From Gemmatimonadota bacterium (GTDB lineage: Bacteria > Gemmatimonadota > Gemmatimonadetes > Longimicrobiales > Gaopeijiaceae), in contig JBDHHQ010000001.1 of assembly GCA_039589315.1 (NCBI GenBank), positions 103,995-167,994 of the forward strand: a stretch of DNA of 64,000 nucleotides. Direction: 5' to 3'. The translations under genes were made by a program, and so were the position numbers. Below the pieces are notes generated by a model. The model did no database searches. It was given only the letters and a program-made list of their open reading frames with translations, and had not been told where the DNA came from. This document shows, piece after piece, positions 21,451-32,343 of this stretch; within the stretch, counting starts at the first letter, position 1, and each line of letters starts with the position of its first letter.

Positions 21451-24066
21451 ATGTTGAGCCACGACCGCCTGACCGTGAAGGCCGGCGAGGCGATCCAGGC
21501 CGCCCTCACGAACGCCCGCCAGCGGGGCAACCCCGAGATTGGGGGGGTCCATCTGCTGGAGGCGCTCTTGAGACAGGAGGAAGGGATCGTCACGCCGGTT
21601 CTACAGAAGCTCGGCGTGAACGTGCTGTTCATCGCCCAGCAGGTCGAAGAGGCGATCCAGAAGTACGGCAAGGTGAGCGGGGGCTCCGAGCCTCGCCTCT
21701 CCCGGGCCCTCAACAAGGCCCTGGAGGTAGCCGAGTCCGAGGCGCGGAGGCTCCAGGACGAATACGTGAGCACCGAGCACCTGCTGGTGGGGCTCACCAC
21801 GGAGAAGGACGACGCGGGAGAGATCCTCCGGACCGCCGGCGCCGGGAAGGACGCTGTCCTGGAGGCCCTGGAGGCCGTGAGAGGGTCCCACCGAGTCACC
21901 GACCAGAGCCCCGAAGACAAGTACCGGGCTCTGGAGCGCTATAGCCGCGACCTCACGGATCTGGCCCGCAGGGGCAAGCTCGATCCGGTCATCGGACGTG
22001 ACGAGGAGATTCGGCGGGTGATCAAGGTCCTGGCCCGCCGCACCAAGAACAACCCGGTACTCATCGGCGAGCCGGGTGTGGGCAAGACGGCCATCGTGGA
22101 GGGGTTGGCCCAGCGCATCGTGGCCGGTGACGTCCCGACCACGCTGGCCAACAAGAAGCTCGTCGCGCTGGACATCTCCGCCATGCTCGCGGGGGCCAAG
22201 TACCGGGGCGAGTTCGAGGAGCGCATGAAGGCCGTGCTGAAGGAGATCACCGAGGCCGAAGGCCGCTACGTGGTCTTCATCGACGAGCTCCATACCATCG
22301 TCGGCGCCGGTGCGGCCGAAGGCGCCGTCGATGCGGGCAACATGCTCAAGCCCCCGCTCTCGCGGGGAGAGCTACGCGTGGTGGGCGCCACGACGCTCGA
22401 CGAGTACCGAAAGCACGTGGAGAAGGACCCCGCCCTGGAGCGGCGCTTCCAGCCCATCTACGTGGCGCCGCCGTCGGTGGAGGACACGGTGGCCATCCTC
22501 CGGGGGCTCAAAGAGCGCTACGAGGTCCACCACGGCATCCGTATCACGGACGACGCCATCATCGCCGCAGCCAAGCTGAGCGATCGGTACATCGGCGGCC
22601 GCTTCCAGCCGGACAAGTCCATCGATCTGATCGACGAAGCCGGCAGCCGGCTCCGCATCGAGATCGACTCGCTGCCCCAGGAAATCGATGAAGTGGAGCG
22701 GCGAATCACCCAGTTGGAGATCGAGAAGCAGGCCCTCTCCGGCGAGTCCGAGCGACACGCCGTGGAGCGCCGGCAGAAACTGGAGGAGGAGCTTGCCGAG
22801 CAGCGCGAGAAGAGCGGGGCCATGAAGGCACGCTGGCAGGCCGAGAAGGATGCCATCTCCCGGATCCAGGAGCTCAAGGAGAAGATCGACGGCTTGAAGG
22901 TGGAGGCGGAGCGGGCGACCCGCACCGGTGATCTGGAGCGGGCCGCGAAGATCCAATACAGCGAGGCGCCGGGGGCCGAGGCCGAGCTCGTGCAGGCCGA
23001 GGCCCGCCTGACGGAGCTGCAGGCCGGCGGCAAGTTCCTCAAGGAGGAGGTGGACGCGGACGACGTCGCCGCCGTGGTGTCGGAGTGGACGGGTATCCCC
23101 ACCACCCGCCTCCTGGAGACGGAGCGACAGCGCCTGACGCAACTCGAGCGGCTCCTGGGCGAGCGCGTCATCGGCCAGGACGAGGCGGTCACGGCGGTAT
23201 CGAACGCGGTCCGCCGGTCACGGGCGGGACTGCAGGACCCGAACCGGCCCATCGGCTCGTTCATCTTCCTGGGTCCGACGGGTGTGGGAAAGACGGAGAC
23301 GGCTCGTGCCCTGGCCGAGTTCCTCTTCGATGACGAGCGGGCCATGGTCCGGATCGACATGTCCGAGTACATGGAGAAGCACGCCGTCGCTCGGCTCATC
23401 GGCGCACCCCCAGGCTACGTGGGCTACGAGGAAGGGGGGCAGCTGACGGAGGCAGTGCGGCGCCGGCCCCACGCCGTCGTCCTGTTCGACGAGATCGAGA
23501 AGGCCCATCCCGAGGTCTTCAACATCCTGCTCCAGATCCTCGACGACGGACGTCTGACGGATTCCCAGGGTCGAACCGTGGACTTCCGCAACACGGTCAT
23601 CATCATGACGTCCAACATGGGCAGTCAGCTCATCCTGGAGCAGAGCGGCACGACGCCCTGGGACGACGTGGCGGCCACGATCGAGGTGGAGCTGCGCCGG
23701 CGCTTCAAGCCCGAGTTCCTGAACCGGGTTGACGACATCATCATCTTCCGTCCGCTCAGCCAGGAAGAGCTCCGCCGCATCGTGGACCTGCAGCTTCGCC
23801 GGCTCGCGGCTCTGGCCATGGAGCTGGGCATCGTGCTCGACGTGAGCGAGGACGCCAAGGACGTGATCGCCCGGGAAGGGTACGACCCGGCGTTCGGTGC
23901 CCGGCCGCTGAAGCGGGCCATCCAGCGGCTGATCCAGGACCCGCTCGCGTTGCACCTCCTCGAGGTCGACATCCCCGAGGGAACACGCCTCCTCGTCGAT
24001 GCCGACGAGGAGGGCCGCCTGTCCTTCGAGACCGAGCCGGCGGTGGAGGAAGTCGGCGTGGGCTGA
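21451..24066 (+). CDS. clpB: ATP-dependent chaperone ClpB
   Basis: Two AAA modules ([16 protein letters not shown]), long coiled-coil middle domain, GARPLKR. Confidence 0.96.
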   Translation: MLSHDRLTVKAGEAIQAALTNARQRGNPEIGGVHLLEALLRQEEGIVTPVLQKLGVNVLFIAQQVEEAIQKYGKVSGGSEPRLSRALNKALEVAESEARRLQDEYVSTEHLLVGLTTEKDDAGEILRTAGAGKDAVLEALEAVRGSHRVTDQSPEDKYRALERYSRDLTDLARRGKLDPVIGRDEEIRRVIKVLARRTKNNPVLIGEPGVGKTAIVEGLAQRIVAGDVPTTLANKKLVALDISAMLAGAKYRGEFEERMKAVLKEITEAEGRYVVFIDELHTIVGAGAAEGAVDAGNMLKPPLSRGELRVVGATTLDEYRKHVEKDPALERRFQPIYVAPPSVEDTVAILRGLKERYEVHHGIRITDDAIIAAAKLSDRYIGGRFQPDKSIDLIDEAGSRLRIEIDSLPQEIDEVERRITQLEIEKQALSGESERHAVERRQKLEEELAEQREKSGAMKARWQAEKDAISRIQELKEKIDGLKVEAERATRTGDLERAAKIQYSEAPGAEAELVQAEARLTELQAGGKFLKEEVDADDVAAVVSEWTGIPTTRLLETERQRLTQLERLLGERVIGQDEAVTAVSNAVRRSRAGLQDPNRPIGSFIFLGPTGVGKTETARALAEFLFDDERAMVRIDMSEYMEKHAVARLIGAPPGYVGYEEGGQLTEAVRRRPHAVVLFDEIEKAHPEVFNILLQILDDGRLTDSQGRTVDFRNTVIIMTSNMGSQLILEQSGTTPWDDVAATIEVELRRRFKPEFLNRVDDIIIFRPLSQEELRRIVDLQLRRLAALAMELGIVLDVSEDAKDVIAREGYDPAFGARPLKRAIQRLIQDPLALHLLEVDIPEGTRLLVDADEEGRLSFETEPAVEEVGVG

Positions 24067-24117
24067 CGTAGGATCGAGGCGCCCGCACGGCGGCGCCAGC
24101 AGGTCGCGCCGAGGCGC

Positions 24118-24146
24118 TTGACGCCTCTCGGCACCCCCTCTAACCT
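24118..24146 (+). promoter_or_regulatory. Putative sigma70 promoter
   Basis: TTGACG-N17-TAACCT followed by GGAGGAG RBS. Confidence 0.6.
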
Positions 24147-24173
24147 CGGGCGTCCACCGCTCGGGAGGAGTGC

Positions 24174-24644
24174 ATGGTGATCGGACGTTCCGGAAGGCTC
24201 ATCGCGTTCTGGATCCTGGCCGCAGCCGTCGCGTCGTCGTCGGCGTGTGCGACCCAACAGGTGTCGTCCACGTCATCCGTGGGCTCCGCGGCCCTGCCCG
24301 GCCTGGGGCCCGTCCTGGCCGTGGAGCGCTTCCTGCAGGCCGCGAACCTGCGGGATTGGGCCACGATGTTGAGCCTCTTCGGAACGGAGGACGGGCCCGT
24401 GGACTGGGACCGGCAGTACGGTGAACGGCACATGAACCTGCTGGCGGAGATCCTCCAGCACGAGGACTACGAGATCGGCGAAGAGTCGGCGGTGCCCGGA
24501 CGTCGGGCGGCCACCCGGCAGGTGCTCGTCACGTTGGAGCAGCGGAGCCGGACGCTCGAGGACGTGCCCTTCCTCGTGGTCGACGCGGGGAACGGCGCCT
24601 GGCTCGTGGAAGAGATCGCCACGGAACGGCTCACCGGACGTTGA
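24174..24644 (+). CDS. Hypothetical lipoprotein
   Basis: Signal peptide ending SSAC; own promoter and RBS. Confidence 0.7.
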   Translation: MVIGRSGRLIAFWILAAAVASSSACATQQVSSTSSVGSAALPGLGPVLAVERFLQAANLRDWATMLSLFGTEDGPVDWDRQYGERHMNLLAEILQHEDYEIGEESAVPGRRAATRQVLVTLEQRSRTLEDVPFLVVDAGNGAWLVEEIATERLTGR

Positions 24645-24653
24645 GCGGGCCCA

Positions 24654-25046
24654 CTACGCGTCTCGCTGCACCAGCTCCACGAGGACACCGCCTGTGCTGC
24701 GGGGATGGATGAAGGCCACCAGACCATGGGCTCCCCTGCGCGGCTCGGGGTCGATGAGCTGCAGGCCGGCGCCGGTCAGCCGCTGCATCTCGGCGCGGAC
24801 GTCGGGCGTGCGAAAGGCGATGTGATGAAGTCCGGGCCCGCGGCGCTGGAGGAAGCGGGCGACGGTGCTGTCCGGGCCCGTCGGTTCGAGGAGCTCGACA
24901 GATCCGACGAAGGCCACCCGGACGCCCTGGGACTCGACGGGGACGACGTGGGAACAAGTCTCCCCCATCAGGAGTTCTAGATCGGCTGCAGCGTCAGCGA
25001 TGGCGTGCACCGCCACCGCCACGTGGTCGAACGCCAGTGGTGACAT
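24654..25046 (-). CDS. mce: Methylmalonyl-CoA epimerase / VOC family protein
   Basis: DHVAVAV, ELLEP, GLHHIAF, FIHPRSTGGVLVEL. Confidence 0.85.
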   Translation of the reverse strand: MSPLAFDHVAVAVHAIADAAADLELLMGETCSHVVPVESQGVRVAFVGSVELLEPTGPDSTVARFLQRRGPGLHHIAFRTPDVRAEMQRLTGAGLQLIDPEPRRGAHGLVAFIHPRSTGGVLVELVQRDA

Positions 25047-25166
25047 GAAGATCCCTCGGTTTGGCGAGCTCTGGAGCCGGAGCGTGCCGGCACCGATTCC
25101 GCTGACCGACCCGACGGGTCGGCGGCATTTCGAAAACGAAGGTTCAGTGTAGTAAGGAGACGGAGA

Positions 25167-25496
25167 ATGAGCGATAAGGTCCTCACGGTCACCGACCAGA
25201 ACTTCAGCCACGAAGTCGCCGAGACCGACGGGCTCGCCATGGTGGACTTCTGGGCTGAATGGTGTGGGCCGTGCCGGCTCGTCGCTCCTTTCGTGGCACA
25301 GCTTGCGGAGGAATACGACGGGAAGGGGCTGAAGGTCGGCAAGCTCGACGTGGACACCAACCCCGGCGTGGCCAGCCGATTCGGCATCCGTTCCATCCCC
25401 AGCATCCTGTTCTTCAAGGACGGGCAGCACGTGGACACGGTCATCGGCGCCGTACCCAAGGCACACCTGGAAGCCAAGATCCAGCAGCACCTCTGA
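25167..25496 (+). CDS. trxA: Thioredoxin
   Basis: DFWAEWCGPC, IRSIP. Confidence 0.96.
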   Translation: MSDKVLTVTDQNFSHEVAETDGLAMVDFWAEWCGPCRLVAPFVAQLAEEYDGKGLKVGKLDVDTNPGVASRFGIRSIPSILFFKDGQHVDTVIGAVPKAHLEAKIQQHL

Positions 25497-25552
25497 GTCC
25501 GCGGCCCGGGGGCCCGGGTCCGCCACGGGCCAAGGTCCCCAGGTCGCGCGCC

Positions 25553-25596
25553 GGAACCCCGGGTCGGTTCTCACCGGCCCGGGGTTCTTCCTTTTC
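25553..25596 (+). terminator. Intrinsic terminator after trxA
   Basis: GAACCCCGGG/CCCGGGGTTC stem followed by TTCCTTTT. Confidence 0.6.
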
Positions 25597-25622
25597 CGCG
25601 CCGTCCGGGTTCCTTTGTCTTC

Positions 25623-26459
25623 ATGTCAGCCCTCTACCTGGTCGCCACTCCCATCGGCAACCTGGACGACATCACGCTGCGGGCCCGGGAGGTCCTGGGC
25701 ACCGTCAGCCGAGTGCTCGCGGAGGACACGCGCAGGACTCGCATACTCCTCGACCACCTGAAGGTCCGCACTCCCCTCGTGTCCCTGCACGCGCACAACG
25801 AGGCATCGCGGATCGAGAGGGTCCTTTCCTGGCTGGAGGAAGGCGAGTCGCTGGCGCTCGTCTCGGACGCGGGCACACCCCTGGTGTCGGACCCGGGGGC
25901 GCGGCTGGTGCGGGCCGTGACGCAGGCGGGCTACGAGGTGGTCCCCGTTCCCGGCCCGTCCGCGGTCCTCGCCGCGTTGGTGGCTTCCGGCCTGCCGGCG
26001 GAGCGATTCACCTTCCTGGGCTTTCTTCCGCGGAAGGGGAGGGAGCGCCGCGATCTCCTGCACCAGGTGGCCGAGGGCTCGGTCACCAGCGTCCTCTTCG
26101 AGTCCCCTCAGAGGCTGGTGGGCACGCTCGACGACCTCGTGGAAGCGTGCGGCGCCAATCGCGAGGTGGCGGTCGCCCGGGAGCTCACGAAGGTCCACGA
26201 GTCGTTCCACCGCGGAACCTTGGAAGACGCGCGGGCTTATTACGAGGCGCACCCGCCCCGGGGCGAGGTGACCGTCGTGGTGGGGCCTCAGCTCGCCGCC
26301 GCGGAGGACGAGGCCGGCATGGAGGAAGGGGCCCGGGAGCTCGCGCGGTCGCTTCTCGCGCAGGGGTTGAGGAGCAGCCAAGTTGCCCGGGAAGTGGCGG
26401 AGCGCACGGGAGTATCCCGAAACCTCGCCTATCGGATCGTGCACTCCACCCAGGAGTAG
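25623..26459 (+). CDS. rsmI: 16S rRNA (cytidine1402-2'-O)-methyltransferase
   Basis: LVATPIGNL, AEDTR, SDAGTP, FESP, RELTK. Confidence 0.95.
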   Translation: MSALYLVATPIGNLDDITLRAREVLGTVSRVLAEDTRRTRILLDHLKVRTPLVSLHAHNEASRIERVLSWLEEGESLALVSDAGTPLVSDPGARLVRAVTQAGYEVVPVPGPSAVLAALVASGLPAERFTFLGFLPRKGRERRDLLHQVAEGSVTSVLFESPQRLVGTLDDLVEACGANREVAVARELTKVHESFHRGTLEDARAYYEAHPPRGEVTVVVGPQLAAAEDEAGMEEGARELARSLLAQGLRSSQVAREVAERTGVSRNLAYRIVHSTQE

Positions 26460-26498
26460 AGGCGTTGGCCCGGACATCCTCTTGGAGACGATGAGCCC

Positions 26499-27164
26499 GT
26501 GAAGCTGGTTCTGCTCGCCGTGATCGCTCTCGGTCCCTCGACCCCCGCGGCGCCGGCCGACACGACCCTTGCCATCGCCAGGCTCCAGTACGACGGCGGT
26601 GGCGATTGGTATGCGAACCCCTCCTCGCTCCCCAACCTTCTCAGCGCCGTCCAGGCCTGGACCGGACTGCCGGTCCAGCCTCGCGAAGCCACCGTGACGC
26701 CCCTGGACCCGGCCCTGCGGGATTATCCCTACATCTACATGACGGGCCACGGCAACGTGCGGTTCACGCCCCAGGAGCGGGAGGCGCTGAAGGAGTACCT
26801 GCTGGCTGGCGGCTTTCTCCACGCCGACGACAACTACGGTCTGGACGAGTCGTTTCGCCGGGAGATGGCCGCGATGTTCCCGGACCGGGACCTCGTCGAG
26901 CTGCCCCCGGACCACCCGGTATTCCATCTGTTCTTCGAGTTGCCGGAGGGCCTCCCCAAGATCCACGAGCACGACGGCAAGCCGCCCCAGGCTCTGGGGA
27001 TCTTCGACGGCGGCCGCCTCGTGGTCTTCTACAGCTACGAGTCCGACCTGGGCGACGGCTGGGAGGATGCCGGCGTCCACGACGATCCGAACGAAGTCCG
27101 CCAGTCGGCGCTTCGCATGGGCGTGAACCTCTATCTGTACGCAGTGGGACAGTTCGCCCAATGA
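26499..27164 (+). CDS. DUF4159 domain exported protein
   Basis: GGGDWY, YMTGHG, GGFLHADDNY, PKIHEHD, DLGDGWED. Confidence 0.85.
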   Translation: MKLVLLAVIALGPSTPAAPADTTLAIARLQYDGGGDWYANPSSLPNLLSAVQAWTGLPVQPREATVTPLDPALRDYPYIYMTGHGNVRFTPQEREALKEYLLAGGFLHADDNYGLDESFRREMAAMFPDRDLVELPPDHPVFHLFFELPEGLPKIHEHDGKPPQALGIFDGGRLVVFYSYESDLGDGWEDAGVHDDPNEVRQSALRMGVNLYLYAVGQFAQ

Positions 27165-30100
27165 CTCCGTCCCGGTCGGTCACGGCCACGCACGGTCGCG
27201 TGCGCAAGCACCTGGTGCGGAGGGCCTACCTGGCGGGTGTCCTCTGGAGCGTCGCGGCCGTGGCGCTCGTCCTGGCCATGGCCTGGGTCCTGGCCGGGGC
27301 CGACGGCTGGCGGCCGGGAAGCGTGGGTCCGCTCGTGCTCGATCTGATCGGCCTCGGGATCCTGGTGGCGGTCGTGGTGGCCGTGCAGCGGGCGGTGAGG
27401 CGTTGGCTGGGCAGCCGGGCGGTGGCGTCTGCCATGGATCACGCCGCCGGCCTCCCGTCCGGCACCGTGCTGGGCTCGCTGGAGCTGGCCGAGAGCTTGC
27501 CGGGTGGGGTGTCCCCGGCGCTGGCGGCGAGGGCGCAGAAGACGGTGGCCGCGCGGCTGGACGGCGACGAGAGCCACCTGGCCGGTCCACTGGGCGACCA
27601 GACCGGCGTGCGGCTGCGACGAGGGGCCCTCGGTCTGGTGGCGCTGGCCGTCGGCGTGACGGTACTGGGCTTCGTGGCCCCGGAGCGTTCGCGCCTGGCG
27701 TGGGCCGGCCTGTCGCGGCCCATCGGGGTGCTGTCGGTGCCGGCGCTCCCACCGTTGGTCGTGCAGCCAGGCAGCGTCGAGCTGCTCCGGGGCTCCACCC
27801 TGGACGTGACGGTCGAGGCGGTGGGCCGAACCCACGTGACGGTCTCCTGGCGGTCCGCCGGCCAACTGGTCGAGGACCGGAGGGCAGAGGTCGTGGGTGC
27901 GGCTGCCCGGACCACGCTTCCGGCCGTCTCCTCTCCCGTCCAGTACTGGGTTACGGCGCCGGATGGCGCCCGGAGCGAGACGTTCGAGATCACGCCGGTC
28001 GACCCCCTTTTCGTGAGCGATCTCACGCTGGCGCTGACCTTCCCGGGCCACACCCGCCGCATTCCCGAGGAATACCGAGGGGATGTCCCTTCCCTGCGCA
28101 TTCCCGTAGGCACCCGGATCGAGGTGGAAGGCCGGGCCAGCCGGCCTCTGGGGTCCGCCGTCCTCCGCCACGAGTCGGGGGCGCTCGAGGTGCCGTTGGC
28201 CGTGGCCGGTGAGCGGTTCGACCACGTCTGGTATCCCGGGCGCAGCGGATCGTACGCGTGGGAGTTCCTGGACCAGGGTGGTGCTGCCGCCGAGAGCGCT
28301 CCCCTACCGCTGGTGCTGTCGTTGGTGCCCGACTCGGCCCCCAGCGTGGCGCTGGTTCTGCCGGGCGTGGACACCACGCTGGCCTTGTCGATGAAGCAGC
28401 CGCTGACCATCCAGGTCGCGGACGACTATGGGGTGAGCCACATCGAGCTCGTGGCGTACCGAGTGGATGCGTTCGGGGAGCGGGGCGAGCCCGTCGTGAA
28501 CCGGTTGGATCTGGGCGGCATCAACGCCGCCATGGCCCGGCCGATCCTGGACGTCTCGGAGTGGGGACTGTTGCCGGGTGACACCATCCGGTACCTGGCC
28601 AGAGCCGTGGACAACGCCCCGAACCCGCAGATCGCGGAAACCCGCGAGTTCATTCTCAGGATGCCGGGTGCCACCGAGCTCGGCCGGGACGCCCAGAGAC
28701 GCCTCGAGGAAGCTGCCGAGCAGTTGGAGGAATTGGCCCGCGAGGCGGCCCGGGTGAACGAGGAGGCTCGCGAGCTGGAGCGGCAGGCCAACGCGCGCGA
28801 GGGTCAGGAACCGGGTGAGCTGGGCGACGCCGACGAGGGCCGGGCCGGCTTCCAGGAGCGGGAGCAGTTCCGCCAAGCCTTGGAGGAACAGGAGGCGCTG
28901 GCCGGCGACGTCGACTCGCTACAGGCGGAGCTGCGGGAGCTGGCCGAGAGCGCCCAGGACTCCGGCATGGACCCAGAGCTCCAGAAGGACCTGGAGGAGC
29001 TCCAGCAGCTCCTCGAGGAGCTCATGACCGACGACGCCCGGGAGCGGATGCAGGAGCTCGGAGACTCTCTGGAGAACGTCTCGCGCGAGCAGATCGACCA
29101 GGCGCTGGAGGAGCTAACGGCGGAGCAGGAAGCCTTCCGCGAGCGTCTCGAGGCGTCACTGGAGCAGTTCCGACGAGCGGCGGTCGAACAGGACTTCCGC
29201 GCCACGACGAGCGAGGCCGAGGAGCTGGCGCAGCAGGAGCGGGCGCTGGCTGACGCCATGGAGGAGGGGACGGACGCCGAGCTCCGGGCGGATCAGCAGG
29301 AGGAGCTGGCCGAACGGGCCGGTGATCTGCAGGAGCGGATGGAGACCCTGGAGGAACGCCTCGAGCGCCTGGGCGAGGAAGAGGCGAGCCAACAGGTCCA
29401 GGAAGCGCGCCAGCAGGCCCAGCAGTCCCAGCAGGGCATGCAGCAGGCCGCCCAACAGACCCGCACTGGCGACACCCAGCGCGGATCTCAGCAGGCCCAG
29501 GCATCGGCCCAGCGGATGGAGCAGGCGGCCAATCAGCTGAGCCAGGCTCAGCAGCAGATGGCGCAGGAGATGGCCGAGCAGCGCAGAGAGGCGTTCGAGC
29601 AGGCCGCGAGCGACGCACTGGCCCTCTCACGGCAGCAGTCGGAGATCCGCGAGTCCATCCGTGGCGCGGCGCCCGAGACCTTGGCCGAGCTGAGAGGCGA
29701 CCAGGCTGCCGTGGCTCAGGGCATCCGCAACATGGCGGAGAATCTCTCCGAGTCTTCCGGGGGCGAGGGCGGTGACGCCGACCGGCAGGTCATGGAGCGC
29801 ATGGGCGCGGCCATGAACGCCGCCCGGCGAACGCTGGAGGCCATGGAGGACCAACGGAACGGCGCGCCGTCGCCCAGGGCTGCGTCGGAAGAGACAATGA
29901 GGGCCCTGAACCAGGTGGCCCTCATGGCCATGGCCGCCGGGGGGCAGGGCGGTGAGGGTGAAGGAAGTGGCGACGCCCAGCAACAGATGAGCGAGGCGCT
30001 GGAGTCACTGGCTCAGCAGCAGGGCTCTCTCATGAATCAGACGGGCGCGCTCGTGCCCATGCAGCTGGGACAGGAGGCGCAGCAGCGCCAGCTGGAGGAG

Positions 30101-30541
30101 ATCTCCCAGGGCCAGGAGCAGGTGGCGGACGAGCTGGGCGAGCTATCGCAGGATCCCAGCTCCGAAGGAGACGCCCTGGGTGATCTGGAGGCGTTGGCCG
30201 AGGAGGCCGAGGCGCTGGCCGCCATGTTGGCCCAGGGACGCCTGGATCCCGAGACCCTTCAGCGTCAGGAGCGGCTGTTTCACCGGCTCCTCGACGCGGG
30301 CCGTACGCTCGAGCGGGACGAGCAGTCCGACGAGCGCGAGTCGGAGACCGCCGGGGAGGTGGAGCGCGACACCGTGCTGCCGCTCACCCTCGAGGCCCTC
30401 GACGCCTTCCGCTACACGCTGCCGGACGGCGACCTCCTGAACCGCCTGCCGCCCGCTCAGCGCCAGCTCGTGATCGACTACTTCGAGCGCCTCAACCGCG
30501 AGCGGCCCAGGTCCGGTGGATCCGGTGGAGCGAGTCGGTGA
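27161..30541 (+). CDS. Large membrane-anchored coiled-coil protein (DUF4175-like)
   Basis: Three N-terminal TM helices, Ig-like middle with DDYG, long Glu/Gln-rich coiled coil, terminal YFERL. Confidence 0.75.
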   Translation: MTPSRSVTATHGRVRKHLVRRAYLAGVLWSVAAVALVLAMAWVLAGADGWRPGSVGPLVLDLIGLGILVAVVVAVQRAVRRWLGSRAVASAMDHAAGLPSGTVLGSLELAESLPGGVSPALAARAQKTVAARLDGDESHLAGPLGDQTGVRLRRGALGLVALAVGVTVLGFVAPERSRLAWAGLSRPIGVLSVPALPPLVVQPGSVELLRGSTLDVTVEAVGRTHVTVSWRSAGQLVEDRRAEVVGAAARTTLPAVSSPVQYWVTAPDGARSETFEITPVDPLFVSDLTLALTFPGHTRRIPEEYRGDVPSLRIPVGTRIEVEGRASRPLGSAVLRHESGALEVPLAVAGERFDHVWYPGRSGSYAWEFLDQGGAAAESAPLPLVLSLVPDSAPSVALVLPGVDTTLALSMKQPLTIQVADDYGVSHIELVAYRVDAFGERGEPVVNRLDLGGINAAMARPILDVSEWGLLPGDTIRYLARAVDNAPNPQIAETREFILRMPGATELGRDAQRRLEEAAEQLEELAREAARVNEEARELERQANAREGQEPGELGDADEGRAGFQEREQFRQALEEQEALAGDVDSLQAELRELAESAQDSGMDPELQKDLEELQQLLEELMTDDARERMQELGDSLENVSREQIDQALEELTAEQEAFRERLEASLEQFRRAAVEQDFRATTSEAEELAQQERALADAMEEGTDAELRADQQEELAERAGDLQERMETLEERLERLGEEEASQQVQEARQQAQQSQQGMQQAAQQTRTGDTQRGSQQAQASAQRMEQAANQLSQAQQQMAQEMAEQRREAFEQAASDALALSRQQSEIRESIRGAAPETLAELRGDQAAVAQGIRNMAENLSESSGGEGGDADRQVMERMGAAMNAARRTLEAMEDQRNGAPSPRAASEETMRALNQVALMAMAAGGQGGEGEGSGDAQQQMSEALESLAQQQGSLMNQTGALVPMQLGQEAQQRQLEEISQGQEQVADELGELSQDPSSEGDALGDLEALAEEAEALAAMLAQGRLDPETLQRQERLFHRLLDAGRTLERDEQSDERESETAGEVERDTVLPLTLEALDAFRYTLPDGDLLNRLPPAQRQLVIDYFERLNRERPRSGGSGGASR

Positions 30542-32343
30542 GGGAAGCGCTCCCGAGGCGGGCCAATCGGCGGGTCACCGTGCTTGGGGCGTTGGTGGCT
30601 GTGGTGGCCACGCCACCCATCGCGACACCCCTGTGGGCCCAGGGAGATCCCCAGGAGGAGGCGCGGCTCCTGCGCGCGGCGGCGAGCCGGGAGTCGCGGG
30701 GGGATCTGGCCGGGGCCGAGACGGTGCTACGCGACCTGGTGGACCGCTACCCCACCTCGTCGGGGGGCGTGTTCGCCCTGGAGCGCGTGCTGCGCGCCCG
30801 GGGAAGAGTGGCCGAGATCCTGCCCGTCGTGGATGTCTACCTGGACCAGGAGCCTGTGGCGCCCGGCCCCCGGTACCTGAAGCTCCGGGTCCTGGTCGAG
30901 CTGGACTCCCTCGAGGCCGTCGACGAAGCGGCCGAGGCGTGGATCGCGGCGGACCCGGGATCGCCGGACCCGTACCGGGAGGTGGCCCGGATCTACGAGC
31001 GGGCGTTGGGGTCGGAGGCGGCCCTGAACGTGCTGCGGCGTGGGCAGACGGCGCTCGGGGATTCGGCGGCCCTGGCGGTGGAGACGGGGGATCTGTTGCT
31101 GCGCCTCGGTGACGCGGACGCCGCCGTGCGCGAGTGGAGCCGAGCGGTCGGCAGCGACGGGGCCCAGTCTGCGGCGATCCTCCGGCGCGTCCAGGACCTG
31201 GAGGGCGACCGGGCGAGCCTCGTCCGTCCGCTCGTCGTGGCGCTGGGCCAGGAGCCCACCACCACCGCCAGGCGCCGCGCAGCGGCACACATCGCCGTCG
31301 AGGTGGGCCTCGAGGACGAAGCGGTGGAGCAGGGTGGGCGTGCAGCCCAGGAGCTCTCGGCCCGTTCCCGACGGAGCTTTCTCACCGACCTGGCCAGGCG
31401 CGCGGACGAGTCCGGCGCCAGCGGGGTGGCCGTCTGGGCGTACGAGGAGCTCCGGGACGGCGTGGAGGGCTCTGAGGCCCGGGCGCTGGACGAGCGCATC
31501 GTGACGGCCGCCCTGGTTGCCGGTGATACGGCCCGCGCTCGCAGCGCCCAGGACCGTGTGGCGGGCTCCCTGCCTCGCGGGTCGCCCGAGCGGAGGCGCG
31601 CGTTGGCGACGTCCATCCGCCTGGGTGCCACCGAGGACGACATCTCCCGCATTCGGAGCCGCGTCCGGGACTTTCGGGAGGAGTTCCCGGGTGCCCCGGA
31701 GCTCGACGAGCTGACTGCCGACCTGGCGTGGGACCTGCAGGGCAGGAACCGACTCGACGAAGCGGCCGCCGTGCTGGAGGGGGTCGAGGGGCCCCGCAGC
31801 TCGCTGGAGCGGGCCTACATCCACTTCAGCCGCGGCGAGCTGGAGCCGGGCAAGGAGGCGCTGCTCGCCGCGGTGAACGGTCTGCCGGCCTCGTCGGCCA
31901 CCGACGTCATCGAGCTGGCGGCCCTCCTGGACCGGGTCGCGCCCAGCACCGCGCCGGTCGTCGCGGCAGCCGCCTCCAAGGCCCACCGGGGGGCGAGCGT
32001 CGAGGCGTCGGGGGATCTGGCCGGTGCCGCCACTGCAGCTCCAGCGTCGGATCGGCCGGCCCTGCTCGTCTTGTCCGCTCGGTACGCGGACGCCGGCGGA
32101 CGGCCCGACCTGGCCGCCGAACTGCGGGCTCGGCTCATCGGGGAATACCCCGACGATCCGGGGGTGCCCGAGGCCACGGTGGCGTTGGCCCGGTACCGTG
32201 CAGATCAGCCCGACGGACTGGACGAGGCCGTTCGGCTTCTGGAGGAGCTGATCCTGGCGCGGCCCGGTAATCCGCTCGTTCCCCACGCGCGCCGTGAGCT
32301 CCAGCGGCTCCGCGGTCGTGTCCCCACGGAGGCCCAGCCTTGA
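30538..32343 (+). CDS. Exported TPR-like helical repeat protein
   Basis: Signal peptide, Ala-rich helical repeats, YP motifs; GTGA overlap with upstream gene. Confidence 0.7.
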   Translation: MREALPRRANRRVTVLGALVAVVATPPIATPLWAQGDPQEEARLLRAAASRESRGDLAGAETVLRDLVDRYPTSSGGVFALERVLRARGRVAEILPVVDVYLDQEPVAPGPRYLKLRVLVELDSLEAVDEAAEAWIAADPGSPDPYREVARIYERALGSEAALNVLRRGQTALGDSAALAVETGDLLLRLGDADAAVREWSRAVGSDGAQSAAILRRVQDLEGDRASLVRPLVVALGQEPTTTARRRAAAHIAVEVGLEDEAVEQGGRAAQELSARSRRSFLTDLARRADESGASGVAVWAYEELRDGVEGSEARALDERIVTAALVAGDTARARSAQDRVAGSLPRGSPERRRALATSIRLGATEDDISRIRSRVRDFREEFPGAPELDELTADLAWDLQGRNRLDEAAAVLEGVEGPRSSLERAYIHFSRGELEPGKEALLAAVNGLPASSATDVIELAALLDRVAPSTAPVVAAAASKAHRGASVEASGDLAGAATAAPASDRPALLVLSARYADAGGRPDLAAELRARLIGEYPDDPGVPEATVALARYRADQPDGLDEAVRLLEELILARPGNPLVPHARRELQRLRGRVPTEAQP